Origin: an uncultured delta proteobacterium
GTDB lineage: Bacteria; Desulfobacterota; Binatia; UBA9968
DNA length: 64,000 nt
Reading direction: 5' to 3'
Assembly: GCA_963737905.1 (NCBI GenBank)
Contig: CAVTUQ010000028.1
Location: forward strand, 182,942 to 246,941
Shown here: in pieces, positions 19,301 through 26,849 of the stretch
How the letters are laid out: every line of letters starts with the position of its first letter
Numbering within the stretch: position 1 is the first letter of the stretch
The notes under the pieces: model-generated
What the model was told of the DNA's origin: nothing
The model's input: the letters and a program-made list of their open reading frames with translations, nothing else
The model's database searches: none
Translations under genes and position numbers: made by a program

Positions 19301-19594
19301 TAATTGCGCTTCGGCGGAAGGCGACAGGGCCCAGTTCCGCAATGCGTTGTTTCCAAGAGCGAGCTGGAGAAACAGGACACCGACAAATAGGAGGAAAGGA
19401 ACGTTCAGTGGGGTGCGAACGATTACCAGCTCTCCTTCAGCGATCATTTTGACAACCCAGGTCAAAACCGCGAAGAGAGCCAGCAGCTCGACAATCGCCA
19501 GCGGCCAGCCCTCCACCGAGCCATAGGGGAGGGGAGCGAACAGCAACAGAGCGTATAGCACGCCGGTGACGGTCAGGTCAGCGATCCGACTCAT
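16400..19594 (-). CDS. O-antigen ligase (Wzy_C/WaaL-like) membrane protein fused to a long TPR region
   Basis: GTFVNPDHFA, TLSRAG, PLFGTGLG, HAHNDHLQ, HSFLDFSLRIPAN; C-terminal ~500 aa of TPR-like helices. Confidence 0.88.
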   Translation of the reverse strand: MSRIADLTVTGVLYALLLFAPLPYGSVEGWPLAIVELLALFAVLTWVVKMIAEGELVIVRTPLNVPFLLFVGVLFLQLALGNNALRNWALSPSAEAQLPSIFFSGSLAPASTRHAVGLFLTYAAVYFLVVNQFRERLQIDRLVRFLLVMGSLLAFYGLLDYLGGGYGVFGSKKLSYAGRVTGTFVNPDHFAAWLAMLIPLALGFLLSTKLLRRQRRRHSASTTTLSLRDYWITDEESAVAVKKFTPHRFPHRVWQELLLLFAITIMAVALVFTLSRAGVVSLILSLVVLVGILLVRQAARPSHLLLAALVLLTLTYAAWIGLDPILERFGLAFTGLQSRITQYWASLPMLRIAPLFGTGLGSYGDLFPRFQPIELTPGSVHFTHAHNDHLQFWIETGLVGGLILLVALWRVGRDLIGAHLLGRGHCFYRQADIEDIYRRDPYNVGIAIGALGGVVAVFFHSFLDFSLRIPANGILLATLLAIATVALHNRFFRNITQPLVTVRHYPIAGRFRQVSAGVIVAGLALVAVFSIVSPPLAENRFQSAVAFMESQASAPTMTTSLVQRLENERRALELLGRVISISPGHPAALRLRASKLEEQASRAWNRAVGPDATILRTQEVRTKVAMALLDQAEHDYRRALNDAPYEAALHERLAWLLGTRALIQAQSAGQAEAAVETRRLALTHFNRAVSLDPANPARHRVLALFAFSQARLPPPATPLRATALAAVRNAVALNPELLPELLDRALAVTSEREDLQALVPNTSVDRLYLATLLDKKGLRLQADESYQKALALASPGEKPIYRRLYANALIRARKLPEALSELESTIGLDPENPEIRLAIAEVLSSMGENSGALVNFQTALLLAKQSGDGAAAVAKAPAPDSDGLPPHRRLFVKLVQKELGQADSSTPVSRAYRINFALARYYTKRGQFALAIPIWEALVKENSADAGAYFQLAVALDGAGAWQAAFNAYKQAIELDRRNGEYKARFAQRLFENEKFFHAIELWQAILSQEPADLTTRLRLANAYVRVGELRDATREYERVLQLYPSHREAREALAALRSRLVGS

Positions 19595-19603
19595 AAAACT
19601 TTA

Positions 19604-19767
19604 AGCAGGGAAGCTTGGAGCATGGAGCCACAGATAGCATGGAGCTTGGAGCAGGGAGCATGGAGCTAAGACACTCAAAGAGCATGGAGCATGGAGCTAA
19701 GACATAACGCCAAAGAAGCAGGGAGCTTAGAGCCACAGATAGCCGGGCTAGCGCTGTAGCAGCGGAG
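19604..19767. repeat. Heptamer arm type C (GCATGGA/GCAGGGA), left arm
   Basis: agcttggagcatggagc...agcatggagcttggagcagggagcatggagc. Confidence 0.9.
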
Positions 19768-20133
19768 CTAGGATTTTAGAGTACGGCGAAAGGCTAAAAG
19801 CATTCTGCTTTCCTCTTCCAGTTCCGATAGTAACTTCCGGACCGTTTCAGACGGTAAATAATTGTCTTTAGACAAAATCATCAGGATATTCGCTACCTCG
19901 AAAACTGACCGCCGGGACATATTCAGGAAGTTTGCGAAATCTGTATCAGATGCACTTCCCGATCCCTCAGCTATATTATTCGTAATACTTAGGGTTGCGC
20001 CACGTAATTGTTCAGCAAATCGGAATAATCTCCTCTCTTCGAGATTTTCCGCCAATCTGAATAGCTCAGCACTAATAGCAGCGCCTCGTTTCCAAATCTC
20101 TAACTCCTGAAATCGAAATTGTGTTTCACTCAT
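19768..20133 (-). CDS. Four helix bundle protein (second copy); may start at ATG 20226, which overlaps the upstream stop
   Basis: FRFQELEIWK...EQLRGATLSITNNIAEGSG...FLNMSRRSVFE. Confidence 0.9.
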   Translation of the reverse strand: MSETQFRFQELEIWKRGAAISAELFRLAENLEERRLFRFAEQLRGATLSITNNIAEGSGSASDTDFANFLNMSRRSVFEVANILMILSKDNYLPSETVRKLLSELEEESRMLLAFRRTLKS

Positions 20134-20149
20134 CTCGTGCGTTCGCTTC

Positions 20150-20220
20150 CGCTCCCTCCGGCTCTCGCTCCTTAGCTCCATGCTCCATGCTTCTTGCTCC
20201 CACGCTCCCTGCTCGCTTAG
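20150..20220. repeat. Heptamer arm type C, right (inverted) arm
   Basis: gctccatgctccatgcttcttgctcccacgctccctgctcgct. Confidence 0.88.
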
Positions 20221-20225
20221 CGGCA

Positions 20226-20954
20226 TTATCCCCCGCCATTTCCCCGGCCGTAGTGATATCCGCCGTAGTACTGGTAAAAGTATCGATAGTAGTAGCCGTC
20301 ACGGCGGGGGTCTACCTGGCTCAGAAGAACTCCGATCATCTTGCCCTGGACAGCTTCAATTTGCTCGACCGCCCGCCGCAATAGCTCGCGCGGCGCGCCC
20401 CCGGATTTGAGCACCAGGATGACGCCATCGCTCAATGCCGCCAGCGCTGCAGTGTCAGCCACGGACATAATCGGCGCCGAATCGAAGAGCAAGGTGTCGA
20501 ACTTGCCGGCGAGAGTATCGACAAACTCGCGCATCCGATTGGAGCCGAGAAGCTCCCAGGGATTGGGCGGGAGCGGACCACTTGGCACCAGGTAAAGATT
20601 CGGGGTCGATGTTGCTACCACTACTTGATCGACACTTTTCGCTTCGGCGAGCGCGACAGTCAGACCGATGCCATTGGATACACCGAAAAGGTCGTGCAGG
20701 CTCGGCTGGCGAAGATCGGAGTCGATCAGGCAGACCCTTCCTCCCGCCTGGGCCATGGCCAACCCCAGGTTGGCAACCGTGGTGGTCTTCCCCTCGCCCG
20801 GAGTGGCAGAGGTGATGAGAAGCTTGCGGTAACCATCGTCGAGGTTGGAAAACTGGAGGTTTGTCCGCAGGGTACGGTAGGCCTCGGCGGCGACCGATTT
20901 GGGATCCGTTTCGAGAATGAGACTAAGCGGAGGGGGCGGGGGTTTCTTCAGCAT
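20226..20954 (-). CDS. CpsD/CapB-type polysaccharide tyrosine kinase
   Basis: AEAYRTLRTNL, PGEGKTT, IDSDLR, FDSAP and a C-terminal Tyr cluster YYYRYFYQYYGGYHY. Confidence 0.93.
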   Translation of the reverse strand: MLKKPPPPPLSLILETDPKSVAAEAYRTLRTNLQFSNLDDGYRKLLITSATPGEGKTTTVANLGLAMAQAGGRVCLIDSDLRQPSLHDLFGVSNGIGLTVALAEAKSVDQVVVATSTPNLYLVPSGPLPPNPWELLGSNRMREFVDTLAGKFDTLLFDSAPIMSVADTAALAALSDGVILVLKSGGAPRELLRRAVEQIEAVQGKMIGVLLSQVDPRRDGYYYRYFYQYYGGYHYGRGNGGG

Positions 20955-21004
20955 AAATCACATCCAATCAATGATTTGGGACGAATTATGCAGGGAGCTT
21001 GAAC

Positions 21005-21140
21005 GGATCAGGATTTCGAATTTTTACTCTGCGGACTCGGGAGTCTCTGATCGGTAAAACCTGCTCCGAGACTTGTTTCGCAACCGCGAGCGTCTGGTCC
21101 GATCAAATCCGAACTTCGCAATTCGAAATCCGAAATTTTC
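21005..21140. repeat. Short inverted type B (TTTCGAA) hairpin
   Basis: ggatttcgaattt...aatccgaacttcgcaattcgaaatccgaaatt abutting the 21141 stop. Confidence 0.7.
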
Positions 21141-22517
21141 CTATCGTTTTGCTTCGAAAATTGGCACCACGCCAATCACCGGGAACCCCAAGTAGCTCTG
21201 CACTTCTTGAGGTGTTCGAATGGTATTGTCCAGACGCTCCAGAAACAATGCCACACCGATCCCCGCCAGCAGGCCCAGGATAATGGCGATGCCTATCTCG
21301 CGGGATTTTTGCGGTTTGATCGGGAACGCCGGCACCTGGGCCTCTTCCACGACCCGGAGATTGTTGGTTTCCAGCGCCCCCGAGACGCCCATCTCCTTCA
21401 AACGGTTCAGCACCGTCTCTTGCATTTGCTGGTTGGAATTGACCTCGCGCTCGAGCCCCTGATAATCGATCTCTTTTTCATAGATCTTTTGCGCCTCTTG
21501 CCTGAGCTGATCGACGTTTTGCAAAAGGGCGTTTTCGCGCGCCCTGGCCACACGCAGTTCGGTATTAACGGCCTGGAGCATGGTCTGGATCTCGGCTTCG
21601 AGCTTTTTCTGGACCTCCTGCATCTGCGCCCGCAATTCAATAATCCTTGGGTGCTTGGGTCCGAGGCTCTCGAGGGCCCTGGACACCTCGATCCTCAAGT
21701 CGGCGGCCTGGGCTTTGAGCTTCTGGATCATGGGATTATCGGCGACGATGAAAATGGTCTGGGCGCCGACCGGGTCCTTGGCGATGGCCTGAAGCTCTTT
21801 GAGCTTGGCTTCCACGGCCAAGCGTTGGGCCTGAGCATCCAGGTAGGCGGTGTTGACACTCATGATCTTGCCGGTCGTGATCTCCCGTTGCTCCTTGAGC
21901 CCGACGATTCCCGCCTTGACCCGATAGTTTTGCAGGGCCATGGAGGAATCGCGTACTTTGGTACTCAGCCCGGTCATCTGCTCGGAAAGCCACGCCAAAG
22001 CCTCGCGGGCGTTCTTCATTTTCATATCCAGGTTGTTTCGCGTATAGGCGCGCGCGATGCCAGTGGCCACGTCGGCCGCCACAGCCGGATCACGGTGCTC
22101 GAATTTGATATCCACGAGGCTGGTTTCCTTTACGGGCAACACCATGACCGACCTTAAAAGATCTGCGACGGGATCCTTGGCCTCGGCAAGCTCAGGGAGT
22201 CGCTTTGTCAGATTGAGATTCTCGATCGCCTTTTCGATGACCGGCCGGCTCTTGATCAGCTCATACTGGGTCAAATAGTACTGGCTGTATTGGCTGCCAG
22301 TGGGATTGACTTCCTGAATATTGATGACCTTGGGGGCTTCGGGTGAGATCAAGACCCGGGCACTGGCGCGGTAAATTGGCGTCTGGAGAAAGGCTCGGAT
22401 GATCCCGGTCGCGGCGACGATGAGGAACAGGCTGATAATCGTCCAGCGGCGCTTATGGAAAAGCTGCAGATAGGTGCGGAGAAAATTCTGATCTTCGACA
22501 GGCGGCGGTAAAGGCAT
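21141..22517 (-). CDS. Polysaccharide co-polymerase (GumC/Wzc periplasmic part)
   Basis: Two TM segments, TPIYRASA, IKSRPV, GPKHP, coiled coil, PIKP, LDNTIRT. Confidence 0.9.
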   Translation of the reverse strand: MPLPPPVEDQNFLRTYLQLFHKRRWTIISLFLIVAATGIIRAFLQTPIYRASARVLISPEAPKVINIQEVNPTGSQYSQYYLTQYELIKSRPVIEKAIENLNLTKRLPELAEAKDPVADLLRSVMVLPVKETSLVDIKFEHRDPAVAADVATGIARAYTRNNLDMKMKNAREALAWLSEQMTGLSTKVRDSSMALQNYRVKAGIVGLKEQREITTGKIMSVNTAYLDAQAQRLAVEAKLKELQAIAKDPVGAQTIFIVADNPMIQKLKAQAADLRIEVSRALESLGPKHPRIIELRAQMQEVQKKLEAEIQTMLQAVNTELRVARARENALLQNVDQLRQEAQKIYEKEIDYQGLEREVNSNQQMQETVLNRLKEMGVSGALETNNLRVVEEAQVPAFPIKPQKSREIGIAIILGLLAGIGVALFLERLDNTIRTPQEVQSYLGFPVIGVVPIFEAKR

Positions 22518-22529
22518 AATAACTCCCGT

Positions 22530-22695
22530 TTCGAATTGCGGATTTCGGATTGCGAATTGCGGATTTAAAAACAGCTAAGGGCAAAGAGCATGGAGCATGG
22601 AGCAAGGAAGCAAGAGAGCTAAGGGGTAAGCCAAAGACCTGATCCCTGAGCCCTCTGGCTCCTTGCTCGCTGCTCCGTGCTCCCTGCTCTTCGCT
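22530..22695. repeat. Empty inverted heptamer block (B, D, C forward; C inverted)
   Basis: ttcgaattgcggatttcgg...agcatggagcatggagc...gctccttgctcgctgctccgtgctccctgctc. Confidence 0.88.
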
Positions 22696-22702
22696 GACAC
22701 GG

Positions 22703-23548
22703 TCAAAAGAAGCTCTCGGGGACAACGATGACGTCGTTCTCCCTGAGACGGATCGCCTTGTCCCGGCGACCCTGTTTGATGATCTCCGTCATATCGACCT
22801 GGATGACTTCTTCCCCCTTGGGCGTGGTCCGAATAATCCTCGTCCGGCCCGGCGCTGCGATATTGGTAAACCCGCCTGCCAACGTGATGCCCTCGAGGAT
22901 CGTGGTCTCCTGGTCGAGCTTATAGGCTCCCGGGCTCTTCACCTCGCCCAGGACAAAAAAGCCCTGGGCCTTGGGAATGAGAATGGTATCGCCGCTCTGC
23001 AGGGGTATATTTTCCTCCGCCCCTGCCTGGATCTTGGCGATGTCGTAGTGCTGGATATTGTTTTCGCGGGTAGCCTGCTGCTGCCCGGGCGCGGTTTTGT
23101 TTTGCGGGCGCACAAGAATGACCTGGCTACCGGCCAACTTGGACGGGCCACCGGCCTGAGACAGGACCTCCCAAAGTGTCAAGGGTCCCGTGAGAGCGTA
23201 GGTGCCCGGCTTCTCCGCCTCACCCAAAACGAAGACTTTCTTTGCCAGATACTCGGCCACAGTGACGCGTACCTGGGGATTGACCAGGTAGTCCTTGTCT
23301 AAACGCTCGCGCAGGCGCTGGGCGATTTCTGTGGTCGTGAGATCTTCCACCTTGACTCTTCCGATTAGCGGAAAGTCGATGAAGCCATCACCGGATACTG
23401 AATACCGCTGAGAGAGATCCGCCTGCCCCCAAATGGCGACATCAAGCACATCGCGGGGGCCGACCCGATACTCCTGAGCCAGGGCCGGACATGAAAAGGC
23501 GAGGCACAGGAGCAAAAAAACAATTATTGATTTCCGACTCACCGGCAT
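22703..23548 (-). CDS. OPX polysaccharide export protein (Poly_export plus 2 SLBB domains; no C-terminal OM helix)
   Basis: EYRVGPRDVL...DGFIDFPLIG...NPQV; VLGEV..PG.Y twice; ends DVIVVPESFF. Confidence 0.9.
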   Translation of the reverse strand: MPVSRKSIIVFLLLCLAFSCPALAQEYRVGPRDVLDVAIWGQADLSQRYSVSGDGFIDFPLIGRVKVEDLTTTEIAQRLRERLDKDYLVNPQVRVTVAEYLAKKVFVLGEAEKPGTYALTGPLTLWEVLSQAGGPSKLAGSQVILVRPQNKTAPGQQQATRENNIQHYDIAKIQAGAEENIPLQSGDTILIPKAQGFFVLGEVKSPGAYKLDQETTILEGITLAGGFTNIAAPGRTRIIRTTPKGEEVIQVDMTEIIKQGRRDKAIRLRENDVIVVPESFF

Positions 23549-23621
23549 CACTGTCTGTTCCTTTCCTGGGTCATGTTGATGCAAATCGAAACTCGAAAGT
23601 GGTGAAGACAACTCGGAGAAC

Positions 23622-23835
23622 TCACCGCTGAGGCGCGGAGGGCGCGGAGAAAATAAACTAGCAGACCTAGTATCAGACTAGTCAAGATCACTCAGGCGTC
23701 ACCCCCGGCTGTCTCTAGCTGGGGGGCCAGTGCGAAACTCCCCTGGATTCCCGCTAAAAGCATGCGGGAATGACGGACTTCGGAAAAGGGAGCTTTCCGA
23801 AATTTTACTCTGTGAACTCGGCGTCTTTGCGGTGA
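23622..23835. repeat. 9-mer inverted arms (CACCGCnGAG...CTCTGCGGTG type) enclosing a REP-like GTCACCCCCG...GGGAATGAC double hairpin (23698-23775)
   Basis: caccgctgaggcgcggagggcgcggag ... ctctgtgaactcggcgtctttgcggtg; inner tggattcccgctaaaagcatgcgggaatgacg. Confidence 0.75.
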
Positions 23836-23885
23836 ATCCTCTTTCACAGTAAACCCGGAAGAACCGAAACATAGGCGGTCCATCG

Positions 23886-25220
23886 TTACAAAGCAAGGTC
23901 GAGGCTGATCCTTGCTCGATTGTCGTTGAAATCAAAGGTATTGAAGTTGGAATTACGACGGTCAAAGTGATAGTTGGCGCGCACCGAGAGCCAGCGCGTA
24001 AAGGTGTAGGTGAGACCGGCGCCCGCGCCAAACAGAGTATCGGTGCGCTTGGCGGTCTGGGTGCCGACAGTGGCTGTGACAGGGTATTTGTTAAGCGCGC
24101 CGCCCAGGTTGGCCTGGAAGGACAAGTTGGGACTAAAGATATAGTTCATCGTCAGAATGCTGAAGATCGATATAAAGAAATCGTTATTGGCCTGTGAGGA
24201 TTCAAAGGGGCGGCGCTCTAAGGTCAGGGTGAAACTGGTCTTGTCCGTCATCTGATAACCCCATTGGTTGGTCGTCACCACACCACTAAATGATTTTCCA
24301 CCTACCTGCTGAGGGTCGCGATACAGATACCCGACCTTGGTGAGCCCTCGGATCCTGGCCGTGGGTTCGCTGCGCACGCCCACCAGAAAGTCGTAATTGT
24401 TGGCGTCGCGATTTGTGCTCGAGCTTTGCAGGTACTGAATCCTCCCATAACCGGGTTCGAGAAGGACATCAGTCTTCGGAAAGATACGGTAGTAGCCGGT
24501 CAGCCCGACGCGATTTTCAACCCGGTCGAGAAACTCGTTCTGTTGCTGCAGGTAATTGATATAGTACAGGTTGTGGCTTAGCGCGATCGAATAGCGTTCA
24601 GCGAGCCGGTACTCTACGCTGCTTCGCAGGACGTCCTGAAGATTCTTAACCGGTCCGGTAGTGTCTGTAAGAGGCGCCTCGGTGCTCTTCGAGAATACAT
24701 TATTCATATTGACCAGCAGCCCGCCGGGAAAGTCGAGGTTCATGCCAAGGGTGGCGAAGTGATTAATGGTGTCCTGTTTCTTGAGCGTGGCATACTGTAC
24801 GAATTCAGCCCGGTAGCCACCAAAAAAATCGTGACGGCCCGTAGGGAGGTGCAAAGCAAACCCCGGGCTAATTCTGGTCGAGAAATCACCTTGCTCGTTC
24901 GACGGTGTCTGGAAAACGTTACTCTCGTACTGTTCTGTGAGGCTGAAGGCGGGATGGATCCTCAGCTCTCCCCAACGAATACCGAGGGCGGCCGAACTAA
25001 TGGCAGGATGGACCTTGCTCAGCTGGCTGTAGGCAACTCCGGAGAAGCAGAGAAAAATCGACCCGGCCAGTAAGAGAATTGCGGATTGCGAATTGCGAAT
25101 TGCGAATTTAAAAGATAGCAGGGAGCTATGGAGCTCGGAGCATGGAGCTGGGAGCAACACCCATTGCGGATTTGAAAGACAGCAAAGCGCTAAGCGGTAA
25201 GCGCAAAGCGTTAAGAGCAA
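23886..25220 (-). CDS. Outer-membrane beta-barrel of polysaccharide export loci (BBP2-like); true start uncertain and lies in the repeat block
   Basis: Signal h-region ILLLAGSIFLCFSGVAYS, IHPAFSLTEQYESNVF, alternating beta-strands, terminal RARISLDLAL; lies next to the short OPX. Confidence 0.8.
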   Translation of the reverse strand: MLLTLCAYRLALCCLSNPQWVLLPAPCSELHSSLLSFKFAIRNSQSAILLLAGSIFLCFSGVAYSQLSKVHPAISSAALGIRWGELRIHPAFSLTEQYESNVFQTPSNEQGDFSTRISPGFALHLPTGRHDFFGGYRAEFVQYATLKKQDTINHFATLGMNLDFPGGLLVNMNNVFSKSTEAPLTDTTGPVKNLQDVLRSSVEYRLAERYSIALSHNLYYINYLQQQNEFLDRVENRVGLTGYYRIFPKTDVLLEPGYGRIQYLQSSSTNRDANNYDFLVGVRSEPTARIRGLTKVGYLYRDPQQVGGKSFSGVVTTNQWGYQMTDKTSFTLTLERRPFESSQANNDFFISIFSILTMNYIFSPNLSFQANLGGALNKYPVTATVGTQTAKRTDTLFGAGAGLTYTFTRWLSVRANYHFDRRNSNFNTFDFNDNRARISLDLAL

Positions 25221-25536
25221 GAGAGGTGAGGGCTGAGAGCAAGGCCATTGCGGATTTGAATTGCGGATTTCGAGCTTAGCGGAGCTGCGAACTTGTGCAG
25301 CAGGGAGTCAACGACAATGCGCTCAGGGGAGCTAAGAGCTGAGCGCAAAGTTCGGATTTCGGATTGCGGATTTCGAATTGTGCTTCGGCTCTGCGCTCCA
25401 TGCTCCTTGCTCCCTGCTGTTCCCGAATCAATTCGAAATCCGCAATTCCTCTGACCCCTTCGCTCTTAGCAGCCTTTAAATTCGCAATCCGCAATTCGAA
25501 ATCCGCAATTAGCTTTGCTCCTTGCTCCCTGCTCCA
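25076..25536. repeat. Large mixed inverted heptamer block (polarity switch near 25380)
   Basis: Left: ttgcgaa/gcatgga/gctaagc arrays; right: tccatgc/ttcgcaa/tccctgc arrays ending at the 25537 stop. Confidence 0.9.
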
Positions 25537-26660
25537 TCACTTGCTCGGCGGTGGCATAAATGCGCTTGCTTCTACTGCGGCTGCTTGCTGTTTCTGGACG
25601 TCTGAGGCGTTTGTTGTGGTTCCGGCAACAAACTGCTCGAAATTCTGCGTCTGAACAGTAGGCGTGACCTGCGCCGCCGTTGCGATTGTGGTGGCAGGAA
25701 GGTTGGTGCTAAGAGCCGCCGTCGCTAGTTGCGTCACTTCGGCCTGGGTTGGACCTAGTAGATCAAAAGGCGAAGCATCATAAATCGCTTGCTCCACGGG
25801 TGTCCAAATCACCTGCAAAGGCGTCATGCTTTCAACAATTTGCTGAATGGCTTGTGGTGACGCTCCAGCCTCCAGGGCAGCCCTGACAGAGTTTGGCAAC
25901 ACTATGAGTAGATTCAGTCTGCCAGCTTCTACCTGCCAGATCTGGCCATTTTCACAGAAGATCTGTTCCCCGGTGCCAACAGTACCGGGCACTGTTGGCA
26001 GAACAACAAGGGCAGAGACACCACCAAGACATAACAAAGTTGTCTGACCCCCACTTCCGCCAGCCGCGGTTGGGGCGACACCGGGCTTGGGAGCAGCGGT
26101 TCCCGCGACAGCCGCTGCCGCGGAATAGCCGAGAATGCCGTCGGTACCTCTTGCGGCCATGACCGCGGTTGGCGTCGAGATCATGAACTGGTTCTGGCGC
26201 GTCCCTACCAGGGTCACCCCCGCCTGCGACACGACATAGCGAACCAGCCCGACGACCAGATGGAACATGGATGTGCGTGTCTGGGCCTCGCTGGTGAGCT
26301 GGCGGACCTGCAACCGGCTCTGCGCAAAGACCATGAGGATGCTGCCGTCAACCATCGCAATTTCGGCCCCGGAATTCTGCGCCGCCCGGACCTCATCACC
26401 CGTCGACAGAGGCATCCCAGCTTTTGCCGGCTGCCAGGTCGTCGTGCCTCTGCTGAGCACCTCCACCTGGCCCACGACATTGGCAAGCTTGGCCTGATCC
26501 TGACGCACCTGCGCCGGCAATGGCGCCGTGGAAAACAACGTCAGTATTGCCCCGACAAAAAGAAAGAAAATCTTCGGGATTCCGTGTGGCCCACCGCTGA
26601 GAGTGAGGGGTTAGAAAATTGCGAATTTCGGATTTCGAATTTCGAATTTTTACTCCGCAT
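25537..26660 (-). CDS. FecR-domain periplasmic protein (annotated ORF 25537-26538; the signal peptide suggests a 1-nt frameshift near 26582 and a start at ATG 26660)
   Basis: VVGQVEV...L.TGDEV...DGS...S.L...L..G...STPTAVMAARGT FecR motif; upstream KIFFLFVGAILTLFSTAPLPA has no in-frame start codon. Confidence 0.75.
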
Positions 26661-26693
26661 GCTTTATGTGGTGAAAGAGAATCTTGGATATCT

Positions 26694-26818
26694 CACCACG
26701 GAGGCGTCAGTATGTGCCGCGGAGGAAAGAAAATAGCTGTTGACGCAGTCGCCGAGCGCGGAGAAAAAATTTTTCATAAAAATACTCCGAACTCTGCGGA
26801 CTCGGTGTCTCTGCGGTG
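26694..26818. repeat. 9-mer-type inverted repeat (CACCACGGAG...CTCTGCGGTG)
   Basis: caccacggaggcg...ctctgcggactcggtgtctctgcggtg. Confidence 0.65.
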
Positions 26819-26849
26819 AATACTCTTGATGAAGTGAGTTTCAGGGGAT

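Noticed and set aside
5790-20226. Diversity-generating retroelement (Avd-like genes plus a degenerate GT copy as template repeat)
   Set aside because: No reverse transcriptase in the window; the GT copies differ by indels and all substitution types, not adenine-specific changes
21207-22157. 316-aa plus-strand ORF
   Set aside because: Antisense shadow of the co-polymerase gene with no family motifs
14557-26819. Short ORFs made of FEIRNPKSAI / APCSMLLAP / EVRGQRS peptides (e.g. 14557-14748, 22453-22725, 25276-25494, 25364-25654, 26619-26819)
   Set aside because: Incidental translations of the heptamer arrays
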